Origin: Opitutia bacterium
GTDB taxonomy: Bacteria > Verrucomicrobiota > Verrucomicrobiia > Opitutales > T3Sed10-336
DNA: 64,000 nucleotides
Assembly (NCBI GenBank): GCA_050506795.1
Contig: JBJHCF010000011.1
Coordinates: 1-64,000, forward strand
Direction: 5' to 3'
Shown here: in pieces, positions 43,028 through 53,019 of the stretch
Numbering within the stretch: the stretch's first letter is position 1
Layout of the letters: each line of letters begins with the position of its first letter
Program-made: the position numbers and the translations under genes
Notes under the pieces: generated by a model
Database searches by the model: none
The model's input: only the letters and a program-made list of their open reading frames with translations
What the model was told of the DNA's origin: nothing

Positions 43028-45298
43028 CTAACGCTTTTCCGCCAGGCGAAAATCGATCTGGCGTTTGTAACGGTCGACGCGTTCGGTAACCACTTCGACG
43101 GTCTGGCCGATTTCGAATTTGCGTTTGGTGCGTTTGCCAACCAGGCGGGTGCCGTCGTTGTTGAGCAGGTAATGGTCGTCGCTCATGGTGGAAATGTGCA
43201 CCAGGCCGAATGTCTGAGATTCGACCAGTTCGATGAACATGCCGTGATTCTTGATGTCGGTGATGGCCGCTTTGAAGCGCGTCTTGTCTTTCTTGGAGAC
43301 CTCGCGATCAAAGAATTCGACCTGTTTGATCTTGTTGTGCTCCCGCTCGGCTTCGGTGCTGTTTTGCTCCGTGGCGGTGAGGTGCTCGGCCACCGATTCG
43401 AGGTCGGCCTGGGTGTATTTACATGTTGGATGCAGTGGTTTGCGTTTCTGGTGCCGACTGAGAAAGTTCTCGAAGATGCGGTGAACGACAAAATCGGCGT
43501 AGCGCCGGATCGGCGAGGTGAAATGGGTGTAGTTCCGTTTGGCCAGGCCGTAATGCCCTTTGGGCTCGGCCAGGTAACGGGCCTGTTTGAGGCTGCGCAG
43601 GAACTGAATGCGGTGCGTGTAACCCTGGGGGTGTTCCCGGATTTTTTTCAGCATGGCTGAGACCTCCTTTTTATTGGTCAGGTCCCCCACGCGAATGCCA
43701 TTGGCCAACAGGTATTCGCGAAACTCGTTCAGCCGGTCCTCCTCCGGTTTGTCATGCACCCGGTAGATGGCGGGAACCTGGTGGTCTTTGAGAATGCGCG
43801 CGATGGCTTCATTGGCCAGCAGCATGTATTCCTCGATGAGCTGGTGGCTTTCATCGTATTCGATCAGCTCGATACGATCGGCGAAACCCTTTTCGTCGAC
43901 CAGGATCTTCACTTCCGGCATGTCGAGATCCAGGCTGCCGTTGCGCATGCGCTTCTGCCGGTGGCTGGCGGCCAGGTCCCATAAGCCGCGAATGTCGGAC
44001 TGCAATTCCTTCAGTTCCCGGTCGGAGAGATCCTTCATTGGCCGTCCGGTGGATCCGGTCTGGTGGGCCGGGGGCAGGGGAAGGGCGCGCGCGCGGTTGA
44101 TATCGTCTTCCTTGAGCAGGGTGAAGGCCTGCTTGTAGGTCAGCCGCTTGCGGCTGCGAATAACCGAGTTGGCGAATTCGACATGCTGAATCTTGCTCTT
44201 GGAAAGGGTCACCAGAACGCTTTTGGTCAGCCGGTCCTCACCTTCCTTGAGACTGCACAAGCCGTTGGAGAGTTTGTGGGGAAGCATCGGCACGACGGTA
44301 CCGATCAAATAAGTTGAGTTGCCCCGCTTCTTCGCTTCCTTGTCGAGCGCGGATCCGGGCGGTACGTAGGCGGCCACGTCGGCGATGTGAATGCCCACGC
44401 GAAACTTACCCTGGCCGACTTTTTCGATGGAGAGGGCGTCGTCGAAATCCTTGGAGTCGTCGGGATCGATGGTGAAGGTGTTCAGTTCGCGCAAATCGAG
44501 GCGCCCCTTGAGCTCTTTTTTCGTCACCGTATCCGGCAGCGCGGCGACCTCTTTGAGCACCGCGTCGGGAAACTCCGGGCTCAGGTCAAATTTGCGGAAA
44601 ATGGCTTTCAGTTCGGCGCCGGGTTCGTAGGTGCGTCCGAGCACTTCGATGATCTCGCCTTCCGGGCTGACATGGCGCTGTTTCCATTCGAGCAGCTTGA
44701 CGACCACCTTGTCGCCCAGAGCAGGCGCCGGCTTCAGTTTGGTGCGGGACGGGTCGGGGACGATCACGTCGTTGACCAGACGGGGGTCGTCAGGAACGAC
44801 GTAATAAAAGAGTTTGGCTTTTTCCAGGGTGCCGGTGATGACGGTGCGGCCGCGTTCGAGGATGCGGATCACCCGGCCGAAAACTTCTTTCGGAGCTCCT
44901 TCGCGCCGGCCGCGCTCGGCGGAACGCCGGCGACGGGTGGGGGCGTCCATCAGACGCACCAGCACCCGGTCGCCGTGCATCGCGACCCAGGTATCCTCCG
45001 CGCTGATGGTGATCGGAGGTTCCGTTTTGCCGTCCAGATGCGGATCGCGCAAAACGATGGCGGCGCCGCTTTGGCGGAAGCGAATCGTGCCGCTGACCAG
45101 GTTGGCGTCGGTGGGAATGCAAAGTCGATTCTTCTTGATGCGGGCGATGTAGCCCTTGGTGAGGAGTCTTTCGATTTCTTCATCGAAGGACTTCTCCTCC
45201 TTCTTATTTAATTTGAGCGCCTGGGCGAGTTCGTTCCGCCGGGTGGGAACGTAGTCGGCCCGGCGCATGTATTGGAGAATTCGGTCGCGGAGGAGCAT
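43028..45298 (-). CDS. rnr: Ribonuclease R
   Basis: FTIDPDDSKDFDDALS, HIADV, IEEYMLLANE, YTHFTSPIRRYAD, C-terminal S1 domain. Confidence 0.95.
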   Translation of the reverse strand: MLLRDRILQYMRRADYVPTRRNELAQALKLNKKEEKSFDEEIERLLTKGYIARIKKNRLCIPTDANLVSGTIRFRQSGAAIVLRDPHLDGKTEPPITISAEDTWVAMHGDRVLVRLMDAPTRRRRSAERGRREGAPKEVFGRVIRILERGRTVITGTLEKAKLFYYVVPDDPRLVNDVIVPDPSRTKLKPAPALGDKVVVKLLEWKQRHVSPEGEIIEVLGRTYEPGAELKAIFRKFDLSPEFPDAVLKEVAALPDTVTKKELKGRLDLRELNTFTIDPDDSKDFDDALSIEKVGQGKFRVGIHIADVAAYVPPGSALDKEAKKRGNSTYLIGTVVPMLPHKLSNGLCSLKEGEDRLTKSVLVTLSKSKIQHVEFANSVIRSRKRLTYKQAFTLLKEDDINRARALPLPPAHQTGSTGRPMKDLSDRELKELQSDIRGLWDLAASHRQKRMRNGSLDLDMPEVKILVDEKGFADRIELIEYDESHQLIEEYMLLANEAIARILKDHQVPAIYRVHDKPEEDRLNEFREYLLANGIRVGDLTNKKEVSAMLKKIREHPQGYTHRIQFLRSLKQARYLAEPKGHYGLAKRNYTHFTSPIRRYADFVVHRIFENFLSRHQKRKPLHPTCKYTQADLESVAEHLTATEQNSTEAEREHNKIKQVEFFDREVSKKDKTRFKAAITDIKNHGMFIELVESQTFGLVHISTMSDDHYLLNNDGTRLVGKRTKRKFEIGQTVEVVTERVDRYKRQIDFRLAEKR

Positions 45299-45457
45299 AT
45301 ATGTTTTGAAAATTCGGGCTGGTACCGTTGCGGACGGCGCATGGGCCGGTTGGAGAGAATTGTCCGAGTCCCTCCGGCAGGTTGCAACCCTTAACCCGGT
45401 GGCCGGGTTTTGTTTGGGACATTGACCTTGTTCGCGTTTGACCTGATATAGGGGCGC

Positions 45458-45913
45458 ATGCGCGCGGTACTGCAACGGGTATCCTCGGCTTCGGTCACCG
45501 TGGAGGGCGGGGCCAAGGCCTCCATCGGCGCGGGCCTGGTGGTTTTGGCCGCGGTGCAGGCTGCCGACACGGAGAACGACGTCGCCTGGCTGGCGAAGAA
45601 GATCGTGGAGCTTCGTCTGTTTCCCGGCGACGGTGGCCGCATGGACCGCTCGTTGATCGACATAGGCGGCGAATTGCTGGTGGTCAGTCAGTTTACCCTC
45701 CTGGGGGTGACCCGAAAAGGCACACGGCCTTCGTATCACCGGTCCGCCCTTCCGGACGAGGCCGTTCCGCTGTACAATTCCCTGGTGGCGCGTGCTGAGG
45801 CTTTGCTGGGGCGCCCGGTCAGGACGGGAACCTTCGGCGCCGAAATGAAGTTGGCTTTGACCAACGACGGCCCCGTTACCATAATCCTCGATTCAAGACG
45901 GAAAGACCTCTAA
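45458..45913 (+). CDS. dtd: D-aminoacyl-tRNA deacylase
   Basis: MRAVLQRV, VSQFTL, FGAEM..LTNDGPVT. Confidence 0.95.
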   Translation: MRAVLQRVSSASVTVEGGAKASIGAGLVVLAAVQAADTENDVAWLAKKIVELRLFPGDGGRMDRSLIDIGGELLVVSQFTLLGVTRKGTRPSYHRSALPDEAVPLYNSLVARAEALLGRPVRTGTFGAEMKLALTNDGPVTIILDSRRKDL

Positions 45914-45916
45914 ATT

Positions 45917-46561
45917 ATGAAAAAAGCGTTGTTTGTCTGGGGCGGCTGGGAAGGGCATGAGCCGAAGGCTTGCGCCGACCTGTTCGGCCCCCTGATGCAG
46001 GAACGGGGATTTTCAGTGGAAGCGCGGGATTCCCTGAACGTCTTCGCCGATGCCGAACGGCTCAAGGAGTTCAACCTGATCGTTCCCGTTTGGACAATGG
46101 GACGGCTTTCGGACGAGGAGGAGAAGGGACTGACCGAGGCGGTACGGCTGGGAACCGGCCTGGCCGGATGGCACGGGGGCATGGGAGACGCCTTTCGCGA
46201 CCGTCCCGGGTACCAGTTCATGGTCGGCGGGCAATGGGTGGCCCATCCGGACGATATCACCGACTACACCGTCAATATCGTCGACTCTCAGGATCCGGTG
46301 ACCCGGGGCATGTCCGACTTTCGCATGCGCTCCGAGCAGTACTACATGCATGTCGATCCCTCCAATCACGTTTTGGCGGTCACGGAGTTTCAGACGAAGA
46401 GCGCGCCGTGGGTGAATGGGGCCGTGATGCCGGTGGTTTGGAAACGGCGGCATGGTGAAGGCAGGGTTTTTTATTCCGCCCTGGGACACGTCCGCTCGGA
46501 TTTCGATGTGGAGGAGGTGCTCGAAATCCAGTTGCGGGGAATGGATTGGGCCAGCCGCTGA
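45917..46561 (+). CDS. ThuA-domain (class I glutamine amidotransferase-like) protein
   Basis: WGGWEGHEP, GWHGGMGDAFR, SEQYYMHVDP, GRVFYSALGH. Confidence 0.88.
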   Translation: MKKALFVWGGWEGHEPKACADLFGPLMQERGFSVEARDSLNVFADAERLKEFNLIVPVWTMGRLSDEEEKGLTEAVRLGTGLAGWHGGMGDAFRDRPGYQFMVGGQWVAHPDDITDYTVNIVDSQDPVTRGMSDFRMRSEQYYMHVDPSNHVLAVTEFQTKSAPWVNGAVMPVVWKRRHGEGRVFYSALGHVRSDFDVEEVLEIQLRGMDWASR

Positions 46562-46589
46562 ATGGTACAAAATCAATGAAAGGGTTCAT

Positions 46590-48665
46590 TTGAAAAGAAA
46601 TGGAAAACAACCGGCCGCGTTGTGGGGGGTGTTGGGAGGGGCGGTACTCCTGCTCGCCGGTCAACTCGCGGGAAACGAAACGACGGACTTCGATTCGTCC
46701 GCCGGCCCGGTGGAAGCGGAACCGTTGATCGTGACTGCCGGACGCCTGCCGCAGGATCCGGCGCACACTCCTTTGAGTGTGGTCTATTTCGACCGCGCCG
46801 ACCTTGCCGCGTCCGCCGCGTTGACCGCAGATGATTTTCTGCGCGACGTCCCGGGATTCAGTCTGTTTCGTCGCACCGGCAGTCTGGCCGCGCATCCGAC
46901 CACCCAGGGCGTCTCATTGCGTGGCATCGCCCCTTCCGGAACCAGTCGGTCGTTGGTTCTCTACGACGGCATGCCGATGAACGATCCGTTTGGAGGCTGG
47001 GTGTACTGGGGGCGCATGGATCTGGAAAACATCGAACAGATCGAAGTGGTGCGCGGCGGGGGATCCACCGTTTGGGGCAATGCCGCTCTCGGCGGCGTGG
47101 TGCACCTGACGCCGCGCCGACCGGAACCCGCCACCCTGCGCACCACTGCCAGTTACGGAATACGCCAGACGGAACGGGTCTCGTTTTTTGCCAGTGACGT
47201 TTACGGTCCGCTGGGGCTTTCGCTGGAGGGGCGTCATTTTCACACCGACGGGTATAAGCGGGTGCGCAAGGATCAACGGGGCGATGTGGATATCGAGGCC
47301 GCATCACGGCACTGGTTTCTCAGCGGCGCCGCGGAGTACACCTTCCATCCGGATGCCCGGCTTACCTTGCGCGCGAGCTGGTTCGACGAAAACCGCAACA
47401 ATGGCACCCCGTTAACCCATAACGCGTATGAAGCCGGCCGGTTGACCGCCAAACTCGACGTCAGAGCCCCGGACGGTTCCGATTGGGAACTGAGCGCCTA
47501 CGGCGAGCGTGGGTCGGGGGAGAGCACCTTCTCCTCGGTCGCGGCGGACCGGAATTCGGAAACCCTGGTGCTCGATCAACACGATATTCCCTCGCGAACC
47601 GTGGGATCGGGAGTAAGCAATACCCGGGAAACCGGTTACGGGCACCGGCTCACTCTGGGGGCCGATTCGCGCTGGGTGGACGGAGCGACCAACGAGCGGA
47701 GTCCATTCTTTGACCGCCGGGCGGGAGGTGAACAGTATCTGGCCGGGATGTTTGCCGAGTCGATCTACGAACCTGATAATCGCTGGCGTTTTTCCGCCGG
47801 CGGGAGGCTCGATTATTGGCGGCAATTCGACGGCTTTTCTGAAGGTTTCGCCACCGATCCCCCCGGTGGCCGGACGAGTTTCGACAACCGGGACGGGACG
47901 GTTTTCAGCCCGCGGGTGGGGGTGATGTATCAGGCCTCGCCGGACCTGTCCTGGCGCGGCGCGATCTACCGCGGTTTCCGGATCCCCACCATCAACGAAC
48001 TCTATCGTCCCTTTCAGGTGGGAACGGACCGCACCTTCGCCAATTCCAATCTCTCCCCGGAACGCCTGACCGGCGCGGAAATCGGCATCGACCGAAACCT
48101 CGGGGAAAGCGTTAATCTTAAGGTGACGGCGTTCTGGAACGAAGTCAGCGACCAGGTGGCGAACGTTACCGTTGACACCGCCAATCCGCTGGGCGGCAGC
48201 GATCGCCAGCGTCAGAATCTGGACTTGTCGCGTATCGTCGGACTGGAGACGGAGATCACCTGGCAGATGGATGCATACTGGAAGACCTTCGCTCGGCACG
48301 CGTACACCGATGCCCGCGTCGAACGGGCCACCAATCAGCCCGCCCTGGAGGGCTTACGCCTGGCTCAGGTTCCGGAGCACGTCCTTACGGCCGGAATCGG
48401 CTTTTCGCATCCGGAACTGCTCGATATCAGGTTGAGCCTGCGGTACAACGGCCCTCAGTTCGAGGATGACCTGAACGAACGCCAACTGGGAGGTTTCACC
48501 GTGTTCCATCTTTACGCGGCCCGGCGCCTGCGCCCCGAGGCGGAGGTGTTCGCCGCGGTGGAAAACCTGTTTAACCGGCGTTACCCCGACGGCATCACCG
48601 GGGGCGGTCTGGTGACCGAGGGCCCCCCGATTTTCGCCAGTGCCGGGATCCGGCTTGCGTTCTGA
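46590..48665 (+). CDS. TonB-dependent outer-membrane receptor
   Basis: Signal peptide, IVTAGR TonB-box region, plug IEVVRGGGSTVWG.AALGGV, FRIPTINELY, ENLFNRRY, C-terminal Phe. TTG start inferred. Confidence 0.92.
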   Translation: MKRNGKQPAALWGVLGGAVLLLAGQLAGNETTDFDSSAGPVEAEPLIVTAGRLPQDPAHTPLSVVYFDRADLAASAALTADDFLRDVPGFSLFRRTGSLAAHPTTQGVSLRGIAPSGTSRSLVLYDGMPMNDPFGGWVYWGRMDLENIEQIEVVRGGGSTVWGNAALGGVVHLTPRRPEPATLRTTASYGIRQTERVSFFASDVYGPLGLSLEGRHFHTDGYKRVRKDQRGDVDIEAASRHWFLSGAAEYTFHPDARLTLRASWFDENRNNGTPLTHNAYEAGRLTAKLDVRAPDGSDWELSAYGERGSGESTFSSVAADRNSETLVLDQHDIPSRTVGSGVSNTRETGYGHRLTLGADSRWVDGATNERSPFFDRRAGGEQYLAGMFAESIYEPDNRWRFSAGGRLDYWRQFDGFSEGFATDPPGGRTSFDNRDGTVFSPRVGVMYQASPDLSWRGAIYRGFRIPTINELYRPFQVGTDRTFANSNLSPERLTGAEIGIDRNLGESVNLKVTAFWNEVSDQVANVTVDTANPLGGSDRQRQNLDLSRIVGLETEITWQMDAYWKTFARHAYTDARVERATNQPALEGLRLAQVPEHVLTAGIGFSHPELLDIRLSLRYNGPQFEDDLNERQLGGFTVFHLYAARRLRPEAEVFAAVENLFNRRYPDGITGGGLVTEGPPIFASAGIRLAF

Positions 48666-48730
48666 TCGGGCGGCGGTCGGCCGGCGGGCGCGGAACCTCA
48701 AATCAAAGTCCGGTGTCGCCGGAGGGAATT

Positions 48731-49285
48731 ATGAAAACGAATGAAGGCCGCGTATTGGGAGAACCGTTTTTTGAGCGACGCGCTCCGTTGGTGGCACGGG
48801 AGCTTCTGGGGAAATTTCTGGTGGGACAAATCAACGGCCGGTCGGTTGCTCTGCCGATCACCGAGACGGAGGCTTACGACGGTCCCGGTGATCGCGCGTG
48901 CCACGCCCACCGGGGAAAGACGCCGCGCAACGCGGTGATGTTCGGGGCGCCGGGACGCTGGTATGTCTATCTCTGTTACGGAATGCATTGGCTCTTGAAC
49001 ATTGTCACCGGACCGGAATCCTACCCGGCGGCAGTCCTTATCCGCGGTGCCGGTCCGGTGTCGGGCCCCGGTCGGCTTACCCGGCAATACGGAATCGATC
49101 GCGCGCAGGACGGGCGTCCGGCCGAACCGGACGCCGGACTTTGGATCGAGGACCGGGGCTTGCGGGTGCCGCGTTCGCGCATTGAGCGGACACCTCGAAT
49201 AGGCATCGCCTACGCGGGTCCGGTCTGGAGCGAGAAACCGTACCGCTTCGTATGGAAACACGATCCTTCTTCGGCCGCCCGTTGA
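48731..49285 (+). CDS. DNA-3-methyladenine glycosylase (MPG/AAG family)
   Basis: VARELLGK, ITETEAY, YVYLCYGMH, GPGRL, TPRIGI, KPYRF; GGAGG RBS. Confidence 0.92.
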   Translation: MKTNEGRVLGEPFFERRAPLVARELLGKFLVGQINGRSVALPITETEAYDGPGDRACHAHRGKTPRNAVMFGAPGRWYVYLCYGMHWLLNIVTGPESYPAAVLIRGAGPVSGPGRLTRQYGIDRAQDGRPAEPDAGLWIEDRGLRVPRSRIERTPRIGIAYAGPVWSEKPYRFVWKHDPSSAAR

Positions 49286-49324
49286 GATCCGGCCGCAGAA
49301 GCTCTTACTTGTATCCGTTTCGCT

Positions 49325-49807
49325 TCAGTAGCCGCGACGAATCTCGTGGGCGCTGGTGTCGATGGACGAAAAAACTCCCTGGCGGTGGGTGCCCAGATGG
49401 TTGCCCTGGCGATCGTAGGCTTCGATTTGGACCTGGTAGGTGCGACCGGCGCGCAGGCCCTGTACCGGGGGCGAGTCCACTGCGATAAGCATATCGCCCG
49501 GATGGACTTCCACTTGTTGACGGACCGGGTTTCCCGGGGTGCGGGGGTTTTCGAAGGCCGCCCGCAGGATCATGGGTTCTTCGATCGTCCGGCGCGGGGT
49601 GAGTCGCACCCGGTAGTGGATGGTGGTGTCCTGATCGCCGTGCCCGTGCACGATCATGAAATCGGCGCGATCGGTGGCAAATAGACGGCTTTGCTGTACG
49701 GGCGGCATGCGAGCGGTGGGATCGTCAGTGGTTTGGCATCCGGCAAACCACACGACCAGCAACAGGCCGAAAACAAGGACAAGGCGCGGTATGGCTGGAG
49801 TTCGCAT
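49325..49807 (-). CDS. Hypothetical lipoprotein
   Basis: Signal peptide with lipobox FAGC; beta-rich mature region. Confidence 0.65.
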   Translation of the reverse strand: MRTPAIPRLVLVFGLLLVVWFAGCQTTDDPTARMPPVQQSRLFATDRADFMIVHGHGDQDTTIHYRVRLTPRRTIEEPMILRAAFENPRTPGNPVRQQVEVHPGDMLIAVDSPPVQGLRAGRTYQVQIEAYDRQGNHLGTHRQGVFSSIDTSAHEIRRGY

Positions 49808-49974
49808 CAAGGGTTCATTCTCGCACGTTGGACGGGCCATTGCCAGCGCGAAATGTGACGCCGGCGTGAAGTCCATCCGGGAAAATCCGCCACACGGGCG
49901 GTTCGCCATCGACATTCCGGCCGGGACGGCCATGCTGGGCCTTTTCCGGAACGATAAACGTCAACTCGTTTGTT

Positions 49975-51756
49975 ATGCTACAATTTCTCAAATATACTCT
50001 GGCCAGTCTCTTTGCCCTGCTGCTCTTTTTCGGCGGCCTCTTTTTCCTGTTCGTCGGGATGGTCAGCCTTTTTGAAAAGGATCCCTTCGTGGTGGAATCG
50101 AATTCCATGCTGGTATTTGATATGGGGGTCAATATCTCGGACGCGCCGCCGTCGGTCGACTTCGGTGACTTTGTGGAGGAGGCCATGGGCATGGGGAGGG
50201 CGCGCACCCACTCCTTGCGGGAAGTGGTCGACGCCATCGTGGCCGCCGCGGCCGACGACCGGATCACTTCGCTTTTCCTTCATGGCGAGTTCGTTCCGTT
50301 CGAATACGGGAGCGGTTACGCCGCTTTGCTGGAGGTGCGCCAGGCGCTGGAACAGTTTCAGGCCGCCGGAAAACCGGTGGTCGCCTACCTGAAAAGCCCG
50401 CGCATTCGCGACTACTACCTCGCCTCGGTGGCGGACCGGGTGGTGGTCGATCCCTATGGCGCGGTGGCGCTGGGGGGAATGGCATCGCAACAGGTGTTTT
50501 TCGCCGAGGCATTGGAAAAGCTGGGAGTCGGCGTTCAGATCGCCCGGGCCGGTGATTTCAAATCCGCGGTGGAGCCGTTTGTGCGGGGTGACATGAGCGA
50601 CGAGAACCGGGTCCAGACCCGGGAGTTGCTGGACGATCTATGGGCCGGCATCGTGGGGCCGGTCTCTGATTCGCGCGGGTTCACCGTGCCGGAGCTCCAT
50701 GAGCTGGTTGATGGGCGGGGGTGGTTCACAGCCCGGGAGGCGGTCGACGCCGGTTTGGCCGACCAGGTGGGGTACTTTGACGAGGTCCAGGCCCTGATGG
50801 CCGAAACCCACGGAGTGTCGCGGTTTTCCGACATTCCCCAGGCGGATCTCAAGTCCTACATCGCCTCAGTCAGCCGGCCGGCCCGACGTTCGGCGCGCGC
50901 ATCCCAGACCTTGGCCATCGTTTATCTCGAGGGGAATATCGTCGACGGCGTTGGTGCCATGGGCGAAGTGGGGGGCGACCGTTTTGCCCGGGAACTGCGA
51001 CGAATCCGGGAGGACGACTCCATCGGGGCGGTGGTGGTGCGGGTGAACAGTCCGGGCGGCAGCGCGGCCGCTTCCGAAGTGATCCTGCGTGAAGTCTCCC
51101 TCCTGCGGGAGGAGAAACCGGTGGTGGTTTCCTTCGGGACGGTGGCCGCCTCGGGCGGGTATTGGGTCGCCACCGACGCCGACCGGGTTTTCGCCCAGCC
51201 GAACACCATCACCGGATCAATCGGGGTCTGGGGACTGGTGCCCAATATCGAGCGCCTTTCCGAGAATATCGGCATCGGTTGGGAGACGGTGAAAACCTCG
51301 CCCTTTGCCGATCTCATGTCGATCACTCGGCCGAAAACCGAGGAGGAGATGGCCCTGATTCAGGGATTCGTCGATCAGATTTACGACGATTTTCTCGAAC
51401 GGGTGGCGCGTGGGCGCGGATTGGATATCGAGGAGGTCCGCGTTCTCGCCGGCGGCCGGGTCTGGTCCGGCGGCCGCGCTTTGGATCTCGGGCTGGTCGA
51501 TGAAATCGGCGGCATTTCCCAGGCGATCGGCGCGGCGGCGGAGCTTGGAGGACTCGGCGCAAGGTGGCAGTTGTATGAGTTTCCGGCCGCTCGAGGCGTC
51601 TCCGAAATCCTGGCGGAAATGTTTGGGGACAGCCCGCCGGTTTTGGAATCGAAACTGGGCAATCTGCCGATTTGGCAGGAGTTGCGCACGCTCCAGTCGC
51701 TCAATGACCCGCGTTCGACCTACGCCCGCATGCCGTTCAATCTGCACCTGGAGTGA
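49975..51756 (+). CDS. sppA: Signal peptide peptidase SppA (67-kDa type)
   Basis: YYLASVAD, FKSAVEPF, RVNSPGGSA, AASGGYW, TITGSIGV, GRVWSG. Confidence 0.95.
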   Translation: MLQFLKYTLASLFALLLFFGGLFFLFVGMVSLFEKDPFVVESNSMLVFDMGVNISDAPPSVDFGDFVEEAMGMGRARTHSLREVVDAIVAAAADDRITSLFLHGEFVPFEYGSGYAALLEVRQALEQFQAAGKPVVAYLKSPRIRDYYLASVADRVVVDPYGAVALGGMASQQVFFAEALEKLGVGVQIARAGDFKSAVEPFVRGDMSDENRVQTRELLDDLWAGIVGPVSDSRGFTVPELHELVDGRGWFTAREAVDAGLADQVGYFDEVQALMAETHGVSRFSDIPQADLKSYIASVSRPARRSARASQTLAIVYLEGNIVDGVGAMGEVGGDRFARELRRIREDDSIGAVVVRVNSPGGSAAASEVILREVSLLREEKPVVVSFGTVAASGGYWVATDADRVFAQPNTITGSIGVWGLVPNIERLSENIGIGWETVKTSPFADLMSITRPKTEEEMALIQGFVDQIYDDFLERVARGRGLDIEEVRVLAGGRVWSGGRALDLGLVDEIGGISQAIGAAAELGGLGARWQLYEFPAARGVSEILAEMFGDSPPVLESKLGNLPIWQELRTLQSLNDPRSTYARMPFNLHLE

Positions 51757-51856
51757 GCCGGCTGGTTGCGGGCGCCCTCGCGGGGTGATTTTCAACCGCG
51801 CTTGACATCCGGCGATCCTCCCTGATCTTTTTCTTTTTTAATCTTATCCAGACGAC

Positions 51857-53000
51857 ATGAATACCGCTGAAGTCCGTTCCCAGATCGAAGAAATCGCCAA
51901 GCGCGCCGGATACCTATGGAGGTATCTTTGACGTCGAGAAACGTCAAAAACAGGTAGAGGCGCTGGAAGCGGAGATGGGCCGCGAGGGATTCTGGGACGC
52001 TCCGGACAAGGCCCGCAGAACCATTGCGGAGGCGAATCGTTTGAAGCGTTCGTATGAATCCCTCATCGCCTATCGAAAGAAACTCGATGACGCGGAAGCG
52101 ATGCTCGAGTTGCTCGATGAGTGCGATGACGAGGAGCGCGCCCTTTACGAGGTCGAACTGGAAGAGCAGAGCGAGGCTTTGGCCCGGGATATCGACCGCC
52201 TGGAGATCACAAGTTTTCTCAACGGTCCTCACGACGCCGCCAACGCCATCATGAGTATTCACTCCGGCGCCGGCGGCACGGAGTCATGCGACTGGGCGGA
52301 GATGCTGCTGCGCATGTACACCCGCTGGGCGGAACGCATCGGATACACGGTGGAGATCCAGGATCTGCAGGAAGGCGACGAAGCCGGAATCAGCCGGGTC
52401 ACGTTTCGGGTGGTGGGCGAAAATGCCTACGGCTACGCCAAGGCCGAACGCGGGGTCCATCGACTGGTGCGGATCAGTCCCTTCGACTCCAACCAGCGTC
52501 GCCACACCTCCTTCTGCGCCATCGACGTAATCGCGGAAATCGACGATGATATCGACGTCGATATCAAGGACGACGACCTGCGGGTCGACACCTACCGTTC
52601 CAGCGGCAAGGGAGGGCAGCACGTCAATAAGACCGATTCGGCGGTGCGATTGACCCACCTGCCGACCAATATCGTGGTGGCCTGTCAGAACGAGCGCTCC
52701 CAGATCAAAAACAAGGCGACCGCCATGAAGCTGCTCAAATCGCGCATCTACGAAAGGATGCAGGATGAAAAGCGGGCCGAAATGGAGAAGTTTTACGGAG
52801 ACAAGGGGGAAATGGGTTGGGGGAATCAGATCCGCAGCTACGTTTTTCAGCCCTATCAAATGGTCAAGGATTTGCGCACCGGCAAGGAGACTGGAAACGT
52901 GCAGGAGGTGATGGACGGCGGCATCGATGACTTTATTCACGCCTGGCTCCGGGCCGGATGTCCCTCCTCCCGTAACAAGGAAGTGGTGGTCGAGGATTGA
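51857..53000 (+). CDS. prfB: Peptide chain release factor 2 with programmed +1 frameshift
   Basis: 24-codon ORF from ATG 51857 to CTT TGA C (51926-51932), continuing in +1 frame; SPF and GGQ motifs. Confidence 0.97.
51918..51932 (+). promoter_or_regulatory. RF2 autoregulatory frameshift cassette
   Basis: Internal SD GGAGGT immediately before CTT-TGA-C. Confidence 0.95.
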
Positions 53001-53019
53001 TGCCTCCCGCCGGGAAACC

